Positions 50,157-58,939 of a stretch of DNA of 64,000 nucleotides are shown in pieces. The DNA comes from Promethearchaeota archaeon (GTDB taxonomy: Archaea; Asgardarchaeota; Lokiarchaeia; Sigyniarchaeales; SOKP01), in contig CP070805.1 of NCBI GenBank assembly GCA_020343655.1, forward strand, positions 2,086,676 to 2,150,675, written 5' to 3'. Positions within the stretch are counted from its first letter, which is position 1. Every line of letters starts with the position of its first letter. The translations under genes were made by a program, and so were the position numbers. The notes under the pieces are model-generated. The model was not told the origin of the DNA and did not search any database. It saw only the letters and a program-made list of their open reading frames with translations.

Positions 50157-51242
50157 CTAAGAAGCTAGAGGCTCTAGGTGGTATTTCCCATTTATATGTG
50201 AAACTTTTGATTTTTTTGAAAGAATCTTTAATAAGGATTCTCTTTCAGATTGATATTTGGATTTTAATAATCTGATTTGAAAGATTAAGTCTTTCTCACT
50301 TTCAATTTCAATCCAATGTAATTTCTCAAAGAATTTTAAAAAATTGAGATGAAATTCCTCTTCTTCTCCAAATTTCTCAATTTCACTTTCTATTAATTTT
50401 ACCCATTCTTGTTTGGTTTCTTCATTATTAAAAGTAATGATTATATTTTTATCATTAGCTAATTTCATCCATAAGTAGTAATCTTTATCATTTATAATTC
50501 TATTGTAATTGATGAAAAATGAAAGATTATGTTCCATAAGGTTGATTCTTTCTTTTTTTGCTAAATCCTTTATAAAAAATAAATCTGTTGCTTTTAAATC
50601 GAATCTACAATAATCTTCTTTACGTGAATATAGAAAATTTGTAATTTTAGTTCCTAATAATCCGAAAAATGCAGCTGAGAATTTATAATTTTCATAACAC
50701 AAATTTTCATATAATCCCGCATGTTCAAAGATTCCTGATAAATCTTTAATGCCTTTTCCAGTAAAAAGATCTAATCTAAATTCCTTAGAAAGATTGTTTG
50801 AAAATACATAGTTTCTCACTCGATTAAATATGGTTTTTATGCTAGTAATATCATATGGATCCATCCGGGATGTGTATATCCTTCTAAGTGTGAAGTAGAA
50901 AAAGGGATTTCTCTCAAGAGTGGGACTTGTATAACGATTTGTTCTTATTGCATTTTCGTAATAGGGTATTAAGGCACTAAAAGATATGTTTTGGAAAATA
51001 TCTTTTATTTCAGTATCAACAAATGCTTCGAAGTCATCAAGTGTTTTACCCTTTTCAAGGATATTCATTGTTTTATCCAAAACATAGTTATAAAAGGCAG
51101 AAATACTTTTGAACCTTTTATCTTCCGGATGTTGTTTATATTTTTCATTAACATATCCTTCGATTTTATTTTTAAGTGCCGGTGAAATAGAAATCGTTTG
51201 CTGGGTGATTTTCTTTTTTGATAAGGGTCTTTCTGTAGACAT
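50157..51242 (-). CDS. Uncharacterised protein, paralog B (RHH-like N-terminus)
   Basis: QQTISISPALKNKIEGYV....RFKSISAFYNYVLDKTM. It shares blocks with paralog A, including KGKTLDDF, NRYT, YEN.KF.AA..G.LG.K.T.F.YS, LAKKERI and YLWM.LA. Confidence 0.6.
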   Translation of the reverse strand: MSTERPLSKKKITQQTISISPALKNKIEGYVNEKYKQHPEDKRFKSISAFYNYVLDKTMNILEKGKTLDDFEAFVDTEIKDIFQNISFSALIPYYENAIRTNRYTSPTLERNPFFYFTLRRIYTSRMDPYDITSIKTIFNRVRNYVFSNNLSKEFRLDLFTGKGIKDLSGIFEHAGLYENLCYENYKFSAAFFGLLGTKITNFLYSRKEDYCRFDLKATDLFFIKDLAKKERINLMEHNLSFFINYNRIINDKDYYLWMKLANDKNIIITFNNEETKQEWVKLIESEIEKFGEEEEFHLNFLKFFEKLHWIEIESEKDLIFQIRLLKSKYQSERESLLKILSKKSKVSHINGKYHLEPLAS

Positions 51243-51334
51243 TCTAAATCATTACTCATATATATTTAACATTTATACCGTAGTATAAAGTATATACGGA
51301 ATAATATTAAGATATACTATTTTAAAATTCTTGT

Positions 51335-52963
51335 TTAAAGTACTTTAGAAACATAGACTCCATCTAAATTATATCCCATTTCATAGAACCAATCTCTTGC
51401 TCCGATTCCACTTATTACAGCTAACTTTTTTGCATCAAACTCTTCAAAAGATATCTTTTCAGCGTTTTCCATTAATAGTTTTCCAAAACCTCTATGTTGA
51501 ATTTGAGTGTATCGATTTGGTTTTAAATCTTTTGGAACAAGTTCACCCACTACTTTGATTTCTCTTACAATCATAGTTTTTCCATCATTTAATTCTGGTC
51601 TATGAGCGAATTCTGAGGGTTTTCTTAAGCGTAAATATCCAATTAAATAATCTTCGTTTTTATTCTCATAAGACAAGAATATTTCTTTCCCTTGAGAAGC
51701 ATCATAATCTAATCGATACAGTTTAACTTCGTCCAAAGATTTTTCATCGATAATTTCTTTTCTTTTACTGATACCGTACTCTTTGCATCTAATGCATTTA
51801 CAAGTTTCATTTATTTCTTTTAATCTTTCTTGTACCAACTGCCTTAAATTGCTATTTTTACATCCTGCTTCAATTAACGTAGCAGGGATGTCTCTCATAA
51901 TTCTTTGAATTCTAACATATGGAGGAAGATCAGTCTTAACCTTTGCTATTAAATCTATTAATTCTTTATCAGAATATGGAGTATATTTGCCCTTTTTCCA
52001 CCAATTGTATAATTCAGTACCACTTATTACTAGGGTAGGATAAATCTTTAACATATCAGGTCGATATTCTGGAATAGAAAATAAAATATCAAATAATTCT
52101 AAATCTTTATCGATACTTGAACCTGGTAAATTTGGCATTATGTGTGCGTTAATTTTTAATCCTGCATCTTTAGCAATCCTTATCGATTCAATGCTATCAG
52201 CGGTTGTATGCCCTCTCTTTATTAAATCATAGATTTCATTATAAATAGTTTGGATACCGATTTCAACTCGAGTAGTTCCAAAGTTTAACATATCATCAAT
52301 ATGTGTTTCCTTGCAATAATCTGGTCTTGTCTCAACAGTTATACCTATAACCCTTCTTTTGGATTTTTCTGCCACTATCTTGGCTTCTTCTAAACTGCCT
52401 GTTTTCTGTTCTATTATTCCTTCTAATGCCCCTTTAACGAATTCTGTTTGATAGTTCTGATCAGTTGATAAGAATGTCCCACCCATTATGATTAATTCGA
52501 TTTTATCTACAGCATGACCAATAGATTCTAAATCCTTAATTCTACTTTGGACTTGTAAGTAAGAATCATAATTGTTATGAATAGATCTCATAGCTGCTGG
52601 TTCTTGACCTGTATAAGATTGGGCTACTTTTTCTCCAGGCTGAGAATCTTGCCCTGGACAATATACACAAGTTCCAGGACAAGGAAGAGGTTTTGTCATA
52701 ATAGCTATAACAGATACACCAGATAAAGTTCTGGTTTTTCTTCTCTTAAGAATCTGGGTAATTATTAGTTTTTCTTGTTCCGTTGCAAAATCCAGGATTG
52801 TTGCATTTTTAATGACTTTATTGTATCTATATTTTTTTCCTATTCTACCTTTTATATTAGTAATTTTTTCTCTTGGAGTTTCTGGATTCCTTATTAAATA
52901 ATTTATGATCTCTCTTGAAATAAGTTTAATTTTTTCAGGAAATTCAGTTTTTTCTTGTACCAT
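51335..52963 (-). CDS. elp3: Elp3-type radical SAM / GNAT tRNA modification enzyme
   Basis: Has the radical SAM cluster motif CPGTCVYCPG and a C-terminal GNAT domain with QHRGFGKLLM. Confidence 0.9.
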   Translation of the reverse strand: MVQEKTEFPEKIKLISREIINYLIRNPETPREKITNIKGRIGKKYRYNKVIKNATILDFATEQEKLIITQILKRRKTRTLSGVSVIAIMTKPLPCPGTCVYCPGQDSQPGEKVAQSYTGQEPAAMRSIHNNYDSYLQVQSRIKDLESIGHAVDKIELIIMGGTFLSTDQNYQTEFVKGALEGIIEQKTGSLEEAKIVAEKSKRRVIGITVETRPDYCKETHIDDMLNFGTTRVEIGIQTIYNEIYDLIKRGHTTADSIESIRIAKDAGLKINAHIMPNLPGSSIDKDLELFDILFSIPEYRPDMLKIYPTLVISGTELYNWWKKGKYTPYSDKELIDLIAKVKTDLPPYVRIQRIMRDIPATLIEAGCKNSNLRQLVQERLKEINETCKCIRCKEYGISKRKEIIDEKSLDEVKLYRLDYDASQGKEIFLSYENKNEDYLIGYLRLRKPSEFAHRPELNDGKTMIVREIKVVGELVPKDLKPNRYTQIQHRGFGKLLMENAEKISFEEFDAKKLAVISGIGARDWFYEMGYNLDGVYVSKVL

Positions 52964-52994
52964 TTCGTGCCAAATTTAATGTATATTTGATTTT

Positions 52995-53873
52995 TTATAA
53001 CTCTACTTTCCTCCCAGTAAAATCTCTTTTAAATTTTCCAAAATCTTCCATGTTCTTTAGGGTTTCAGTTTTAAAAACAGGCCCATCCTTACAAACTAGT
53101 AATCCTAAAGGATCAATTACACATAATCCACACAATCCACACCCACATCTCATTATTCGCTCAAGACTTGCGTGAAGTTCAATATCCCATTTCTCACATA
53201 TTTCATAGATTGAATAGATCATTTTCTCAGGACCGCAAGTATAAACTATTGCATTTGAAAATAGTCTTTTTGAGTAGGTTTCTAAAATTGTTTCAAAAGC
53301 CTCAGTTGGAATACCTTTAGAACCATAACTCCCATCCTCGGTACAATAAAAAATATCAACTGATTTTTTATCTAATATTTGAAATTGATTAGCAAACATT
53401 AATTCACTTTTAACTTTTGCGCCTTGAATTAGGATAAAGGGAATTTTATGTTTAGATAGTTCTTCAGTAAGAAAACGAAGAGGAGCCATACCGATTCCTC
53501 CCCCAATTACGAATATATTTTTAGATTTTTGTTCTGGAATTTCAAACCAATTACCTAAAGGTCCTCTAACGCCAATAAAATCACCCCGTTTTAGGTTAAA
53601 AATTGCATCAGTGCACTCGCCAATATTTTTTACAGTAATACTCCAATTTCCATTTATATCACACCCTGAAACTGACATTGGGACCTCGTCAACTCCAGGA
53701 ACCCATAACATAACAAATTGCCCTGGTCTGGGTATGATATAGTTTGTATTTTCATTTTTCATATTGAACTTAATGGTTTTAACGTCTTCACATTCCATTA
53801 TAGCTTCTTCAATAGCAACAGTTCTTATGATATTTTCACTCAAAATCGGGTACCTCTTGAGTTTTATATTCAT
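52995..53873 (-). CDS. pyrK: Dihydroorotate dehydrogenase electron-transfer subunit
   Basis: Has an FAD/NAD-binding fold (RPGQFVMLWVPG, GGGIGMAPL) and the C-terminal 2Fe-2S motif CGCGLCGLC. Confidence 0.85.
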   Translation of the reverse strand: MNIKLKRYPILSENIIRTVAIEEAIMECEDVKTIKFNMKNENTNYIIPRPGQFVMLWVPGVDEVPMSVSGCDINGNWSITVKNIGECTDAIFNLKRGDFIGVRGPLGNWFEIPEQKSKNIFVIGGGIGMAPLRFLTEELSKHKIPFILIQGAKVKSELMFANQFQILDKKSVDIFYCTEDGSYGSKGIPTEAFETILETYSKRLFSNAIVYTCGPEKMIYSIYEICEKWDIELHASLERIMRCGCGLCGLCVIDPLGLLVCKDGPVFKTETLKNMEDFGKFKRDFTGRKVEL

Positions 53874-54762
53874 GGGCTAATCCAATTATTTCTGATATGG
53901 ATGAATATCCATTATTCTTAATATAATAAATTAAAGAATTATTGATTTCAGTAATGATTTCAACACCTTTATAAAGAGCAGTTCCGATTTGAACAGCATT
54001 AGCACCTGCTAACATAAATTCCACTACTTCTTTCCAAGTAAAGATACCTCCGCATCCAATAATTGGAATTTTTAATAATTGATAAAGATCATACACTTTT
54101 TTTACTGCAATTGGATGAATAGCTTTTCCAGATAGACCACCACTTCCATGAGCTAATATTGGTCTCTTAGTATTTATATCAATTACCATAGCTCCTAGGG
54201 TATTTATAGCAACAACTCCATCAGCACCGCCCTTTTCAGCTGCTAAGGCAATTTTCCCAATATCCGTAACGTTGGGGTTTAATTTAACAAATACTGGCAC
54301 TTTTAGATTATCTTTTAGTGTTTTAACAACTTTATAAGTTAAATCCTTGTTGATCCCTATTGATGATACCTCCGCGTGAGGACATGAAATATTTATCTCA
54401 ATAGCATCCGCACCTGCCTGTTCTGCTTTAGTGGCAACATTTAAATAAGAGTTAGCAGAGTCACCAAACACGCTAACTATCATAGGAATGTTAAATTCCT
54501 TTATTTCTTTAATTTCAGAAAGAAAATTGTCAATTCCGGGATTGCCAAGACCGACAGCATTCAGAAAGGTACCAGGAAATAATTCTATAATCGAAGGATT
54601 TTTATAGCCTTTTCTTGGATTAGGCCCAATCGATTTAGAGGTTACAGCACCTATCCCTGCGTTGAATATTCTCTTCATTGAAGAATATGATACACCTAAA
54701 ATTCCAGAGGCCAAAATAATGGGAGATTTTAATTCTAAACCAGAGAGATTTATTTCAAGCAT
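53836..54762 (-). CDS. pyrD: Dihydroorotate dehydrogenase catalytic subunit (class 1B)
   Basis: Contains GSGGLSGKAIHPIA and IGCGGI motifs. Its 3' end overlaps the pyrK start by 38 nt. Confidence 0.9.
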   Translation of the reverse strand: MLEINLSGLELKSPIILASGILGVSYSSMKRIFNAGIGAVTSKSIGPNPRKGYKNPSIIELFPGTFLNAVGLGNPGIDNFLSEIKEIKEFNIPMIVSVFGDSANSYLNVATKAEQAGADAIEINISCPHAEVSSIGINKDLTYKVVKTLKDNLKVPVFVKLNPNVTDIGKIALAAEKGGADGVVAINTLGAMVIDINTKRPILAHGSGGLSGKAIHPIAVKKVYDLYQLLKIPIIGCGGIFTWKEVVEFMLAGANAVQIGTALYKGVEIITEINNSLIYYIKNNGYSSISEIIGLAHEYKTQEVPDFE

Positions 54763-54839
54763 TTTTTTAAGAAAATAATGATTATAATTTTATAATAATT
54801 ATTAATGATGGAAAAACAAGTTTAAATTAACTAATCAAA

Positions 54840-56042
54840 ATGAAATCTTACATAGCAGACACTTTAATTGGAATTTTTGCATTTGATGAAACTGGAAACA
54901 TATTAAATTTTATTGATTTCAATGATGATATTGCAAAAATAATTGAATTTTATGACGCTTTGGATAATGACGTTATTCAAAAGGTATTTGAAGATTTTTT
55001 ATTAGATTTGAAAAATTCCGGATTTAGTGAATTTCTATTTGATAATAAGAAATTAGAATTATTAACTTCAGAAAAATTAGGTTATGAAACAATTTTTCAA
55101 AGAAATTCATTGGAGCTTAAATCTATACGTTTAAATTTAGATGAACACTTAAAAAAAGTGGGTATAATTAAAACAAGAGAAGAAATTCTAGCGCAATACA
55201 AAAAAGTAAGTGTAGAATTAACAAAGAGAAAGGTCAGTCAAGTCAGTGGTCATACTGATAATATAATAACTCAAATTATTACAGTTTTGGATGTAATAAA
55301 AAAATCAATCAGTCTATTTTCAAATCATCTTCGAGAATGGTATGGCTTACATTTCCCTGAATTAACTGACGAAATTATTGAGGAAAATATTATTTTAGCA
55401 AAATTAGTTTCAGTTTTAGGGTCAAGGGAGAATTTTACATTCAAAAATATTGAAAATAATTTTGATATTAAAGAAAGTAAGATTAAAGCCTTGGAGCAAT
55501 ATGCATTAGAATCAATGGGAGCAAAAATTGATCTTAATATCCTACAGAATTATGCTGACCAAATACTTTCTTTAGATACTTATCGACAGCAATTGGAGAA
55601 TTATTTAGAAGCAATGATGGAAAAAGCTGCTCCAAATATCAATGCTATTATTGGTTCTTTGATAGGGGCAAAATTAATAGCTAAAGCAGGCGGTTTGCAA
55701 AAATTAGCTTATATGCCTGCTTCCAGAATTCAATTATTAGGAGCTGAAAAAGCATTATACCGTTTTCTTAAAAGCGGTGAAAAAAGACCTAAACATGGCT
55801 TAATATTTCAGTGGAATCAAATTAGATCCTCAAAACCTATTTATAGAGGCAATATTGCAAGGATAGTTGCAGGAAAAATCGGGATTGCCGCTAAGGTCGA
55901 TTATTTTGATGGTAAATTCATCGGTGATATATTAACTAAAGAAATTCAAGGAAAAATAGAAGAATTAAAAAAGAAATTTCCTCAAAAAAAAAAAGTTGAA
56001 AGAAAAATGACTTTTAAACAAAAAAAGAAAGGCAAAAGATAG
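54840..56042 (+). CDS. nop5: C/D box sRNP core protein Nop5 (Nop56/58)
   Basis: Has the NOP domain AAPNINAIIGSLIGAKLIAKAGGLQKLAYMPASRIQLLGAEKALYRFLK and a Lys-rich tail. Confidence 0.95.
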   Translation: MKSYIADTLIGIFAFDETGNILNFIDFNDDIAKIIEFYDALDNDVIQKVFEDFLLDLKNSGFSEFLFDNKKLELLTSEKLGYETIFQRNSLELKSIRLNLDEHLKKVGIIKTREEILAQYKKVSVELTKRKVSQVSGHTDNIITQIITVLDVIKKSISLFSNHLREWYGLHFPELTDEIIEENIILAKLVSVLGSRENFTFKNIENNFDIKESKIKALEQYALESMGAKIDLNILQNYADQILSLDTYRQQLENYLEAMMEKAAPNINAIIGSLIGAKLIAKAGGLQKLAYMPASRIQLLGAEKALYRFLKSGEKRPKHGLIFQWNQIRSSKPIYRGNIARIVAGKIGIAAKVDYFDGKFIGDILTKEIQGKIEELKKKFPQKKKVERKMTFKQKKKGKR

Positions 56043-56332
56043 AACCTTTACATATTCAAAATTAATCAAGATCTTCCATCAAAAAATCTTCTATGATGTT
56101 TATGACCAATATGTTGATGCACCTATTCTTTTGCGGTTTCCCTTGACAAAATTTTTATTCTCTAGTTCTATCAATTTATTATATGCTGCTCTCATCCCTT
56201 TTCCAATAATTTTAGAAATAGTTAATTTACATTTTGGTTTTCTTCTCTTACGGCATAAAAAATGTAGAACTCTATTTATGTTATTTCATTCTCTCCAATG
56301 TTATTTTTACTATTCATTTTTAATGAAAAGAA

Positions 56333-56893
56333 TTAAAATACCACGTTATTTATTATCAATCTTTCAATTGCAGTTAACTCAGATCTATTTAATGATGTGA
56401 TGATTTTAAATAAAATTCCATTTGAAAGATGAAAAACCAAAGAATAATTGGAAAGTTTTAATCCATATGAAGATACAGTTGTATTCTTTTTAATATATAC
56501 ATTAGATATCATTAAAAATGGTATCAATTTCTTTTTAGTAAAGATTCCAAAGTGGGTTTCAATTTGAACTGTGCTTGAGATTTTATCAATTTTCAAAATC
56601 CTTTTAAAAAACAATCCTCTAATCAAAAAAAACAAACAAATAATTATAAATGAAAAAAATATGGCAGATATCAAAAAATAAGCAAATATCTTTAAATTTC
56701 TGTTTTCTAGAATGAATACATATGTTTCTATAATGAAAAGTAATAGAAAATAACCTATTAGAAAAATAACAATAATTACTATAAATAAAATTAAATTCTC
56801 TTTATAATTTAATTTTAAAGCTAATACATCCTGGTTATCTTTTATTATTTCAAATCTTTTATATTTTTTATCTCTAATAATTGTATCTTCCAT
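56333..56893 (-). CDS. Hypothetical membrane protein
   Basis: Two or three hydrophobic helices followed by a soluble C-terminal domain. It lies on the opposite strand between nop5 and fibrillarin. Confidence 0.45.
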   Translation of the reverse strand: MEDTIIRDKKYKRFEIIKDNQDVLALKLNYKENLILFIVIIVIFLIGYFLLLFIIETYVFILENRNLKIFAYFLISAIFFSFIIICLFFLIRGLFFKRILKIDKISSTVQIETHFGIFTKKKLIPFLMISNVYIKKNTTVSSYGLKLSNYSLVFHLSNGILFKIITSLNRSELTAIERLIINNVVF

Positions 56894-57190
56894 TATAATT
56901 CAATTGTTACTATTTCTCTTTAGTATAAATCTTATTTCACTTTTTATCTATAATCACAGTTATTATGAATGATTTGAACTTATTGTCATTTTTTGTAAAA
57001 ATTATTAAAGAGAATAAATCTTGGTTTGAATTTTTCACAAATGATATCTTATTGATTCTACATTTTTATTATCTGATAATAAATTTATTAATTTGTATTA
57101 ATCTATCAAAAAAAAAGGATAACTAGGAAATGAATATAAATTAAAACTGAGATTGACTAAATAAAGATTTGAATAAGAAATAAAATATTG

Positions 57191-57229
57191 GGAGAGTTAG
57201 TTCAATTAAGATTGAACTTCATCCTCTCC
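57191..57229. other. Nested inverted repeat / hairpin
   Basis: GGAGAG-tta-GTTCAAT-taag-ATTGAAC-ttcatc-CTCTCC: a 6-bp outer stem and a 7-bp inner stem. Confidence 0.4.
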
Positions 57230-57399
57230 GATTCTTGAATTATCTTTTTTTCATAAAATTTTATTTCAACATTATTTCTGCAATAATTTAATTAATTTAT
57301 TAATAACCTAATCCTTATTTTTTTATCTGAACTCACTTTTATTATCATATAATGATTTAATACAAAACTAAAAAAAAAGAAAATAAACGATTTTATTAA

Positions 57400-57542
57400 A
57401 TTCGTGAAAAAGTTGCTCGTCTGATAGCTGGAAAATTGGACTATCAGCTAAAGTTGATTTTCTCTTAGGTGAATTTATTGGTAATATTTTATCTAAAGAA
57501 GTTGAAGAAAAAAGAAAAGAAAATGATTGTTTTATTATAAAA
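57400..57542 (+). pseudogene. Relic of a Nop5 C-terminus (frameshifted) directly upstream of fibrillarin
   Basis: The region translates as IREKVARLIAG, then a 1-nt shift in the A-run at 57432-57435, then KIGLSAKVDFLLGEFIGNILSKEVEEKRKEN. Intact Nop5 reads YRGNIARIVAGKIGIAAKVDYFDGKFIGDILTKEIQGKIEEL. By hand alignment 22 of 42 positions are identical. Confidence 0.65.
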
Positions 57543-58241
57543 ATGACTAATATTGAAATTAGGAATCATCCAAAATTTAAAAATGTCTATATATCTGGCT
57601 CTCAAGAATATTTAAAACTCTATACAAAAAATTTAGATGTGGGTAAAAGAATCTACGGAGAGAAGTTGATTATACATAAGGATATACAATATAGAGAATG
57701 GGATCCTTTTAGAAGTAAATTGGCAGCATTAATTTTAGAAAATCCCATTACAAATTTCTTAACAGATAATTTAAAGTGTTTATATTTAGGAGCTTCTTCA
57801 GGTACCACTATTTCTCATCTTTCCGATATCATACAATCTGGAATCATATATGGTGTAGAATTCTCAGAAAGAAGTATTAGACAATTAATTCAAAATACTT
57901 CAAAAAGGGTAAATATCGTTCCAATTTTGGCAGATGCCCGCTTTCCAGAAAGTTATGCTAAATACTTTTTTACAGATATAGATTTAATCTATCAGGATGT
58001 TGCCCAACCACGACAAGCCAATATTGCGGTAGAAAATTGTAATTACTATCTGAAGAATGATGGTATTTTAATTATAGCTATTAAATCTCAATCAATTGAT
58101 AGTATTCAAAAATCTGAATATATTTATGCTCAAGAGAAAAAGATCCTAGAAAAAGCAGGATATCAAATCTTAGAAAGTATAAATATCCATAAATATGCTG
58201 CTAATCACATTATTTTGATAGCTAAAAAAGCAATTAGTTAA
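57543..58241 (+). CDS. flpA: Fibrillarin (rRNA/tRNA 2'-O-methyltransferase)
   Basis: Contains the LYLGASSGTTISHLSDI SAM-binding motif. Length is 232 aa. Confidence 0.95.
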   Translation: MTNIEIRNHPKFKNVYISGSQEYLKLYTKNLDVGKRIYGEKLIIHKDIQYREWDPFRSKLAALILENPITNFLTDNLKCLYLGASSGTTISHLSDIIQSGIIYGVEFSERSIRQLIQNTSKRVNIVPILADARFPESYAKYFFTDIDLIYQDVAQPRQANIAVENCNYYLKNDGILIIAIKSQSIDSIQKSEYIYAQEKKILEKAGYQILESINIHKYAANHIILIAKKAIS

Positions 58242-58875
58242 GAAACTCTGTTATTTTTCTGTTAGACAATTCTTCACTTATTATTTTTTTAGTTGTATCC
58301 CATGACTTCCTAGCAAAAATAGGTGGTTTTTTATTTTTTTTTACATATTCTCTCATGAATTCTATTGTTCTAACATCAGAAGGATATCCTGAGCCAAAAT
58401 TTCCGTATTCATCCTGGAGTTCTCCAATTAAGGCATCTCTTTTATCTTTAGCTATTATAGAACCTGCTGATACAATTGGATATATATCATCAGCCTTGTG
58501 TTTAGAGACTATTTTTTTAGGGGTATAATTTAATAATGCTTTTATAGATTCTCCGAATCTCTGTTCATTCACATCAACAGCGTCTATATAGATGATATCT
58601 GGTTTCAAATTATTAATTATCTCTGCCATTTTTAGTTCTTCAAGTCGATTCATTGTGATTTTTTTAAGTTCTCTCTCATCAATTTCCTGAGGTCCAATTA
58701 CAATGATTTTATGGGAATAACAGTTATTCTTTAATATATTAGCTAATTTACTCCTCTTTTTAGGAGATAATCTCTTTGAATCTTTAACCCCAATTTCAGA
58801 TAAAAAGTCTATTTTTGATTTGAAAAAACATACTCCACATAAAACCATTGGGCCTAAGACAGAGCCTTTTGACAT
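58234..58875 (-). CDS. rnhB: Ribonuclease HII, ORF as callable from first ATG (lacks the GIDEAGRG strand; see findings)
   Basis: GSVLGPMVLCGV, DSKRLSPKKR and ASIIAKDKRD blocks are typical of RNase HII. The catalytic N-terminal motif is encoded upstream, beyond an in-frame TAA. Confidence 0.85.
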   Translation of the reverse strand: MSKGSVLGPMVLCGVCFFKSKIDFLSEIGVKDSKRLSPKKRSKLANILKNNCYSHKIIVIGPQEIDERELKKITMNRLEELKMAEIINNLKPDIIYIDAVDVNEQRFGESIKALLNYTPKKIVSKHKADDIYPIVSAGSIIAKDKRDALIGELQDEYGNFGSGYPSDVRTIEFMREYVKKNKKPPIFARKSWDTTKKIISEELSNRKITEFLN

Positions 58876-58896
58876 ATAATTCGAAGTGAATTAAAT
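58867..58896 (-). other. 30-nt in-frame intervening segment with TAA inside the RNase HII GIDEAGRG motif
   Basis: In gene sense the sequence reads AGA|ATT TAA TTC ACT TCG AAT TAT ATG TCA AAA|GGC. Deleting the 30 nt restores GIDEAGRGSVLGPMV. Confidence 0.6.
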
Positions 58897-58939
58897 TCTA
58901 CCAGCCTCGTCTATCCCACAAATTAATTCTATTTTATCC

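Noticed and set aside
51278-51299. Imperfect hairpin CCGTA(G)TATA-AAG-TATATACGG between elp3 and paralog B
   Set aside because: It is AT-rich and short, with a bulge. It could be a terminator for elp3 or an operator, but the evidence is too weak to call it a feature.
53836-53873. 38-nt pyrD/pyrK overlap as a possible frameshift or fusion signal
   Set aside because: Both ORFs are full length with normal termini. The next in-frame Met in pyrK (MECEDV) would truncate the conserved N-terminal strand. A long overlap is therefore plausible and no recoding is needed.
56043-56130. C/D box sRNA just downstream of nop5 (ATGATGT and TTGATGC strings); also GGATGA strings at 44120-44150 and 50050-50056
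   Set aside because: These are C-box-like hexamers only. No properly spaced D or D' CTGA boxes or terminal stem could be found.
56131-56400. 89-aa plus-strand ORF downstream of nop5
   Set aside because: It starts with a non-ATG codon, its translation is low-complexity and hydrophobic, and it overlaps the 3' end of the better-supported minus-strand membrane ORF. There is no motif support.
58850-58930. Canonical bulge-helix-bulge (BHB) intron as the explanation for the 30-nt rnhB insert
   Set aside because: I tried both possible splice registers and both BHB orientations, using the tRNA-Ser intron in this window as a template. I found no 4-bp central helix flanked by 3-nt bulges. Only the internal TAATTC/GAATTA hairpin forms. 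The idea is kept as something to test experimentally but is not supported by the fold.
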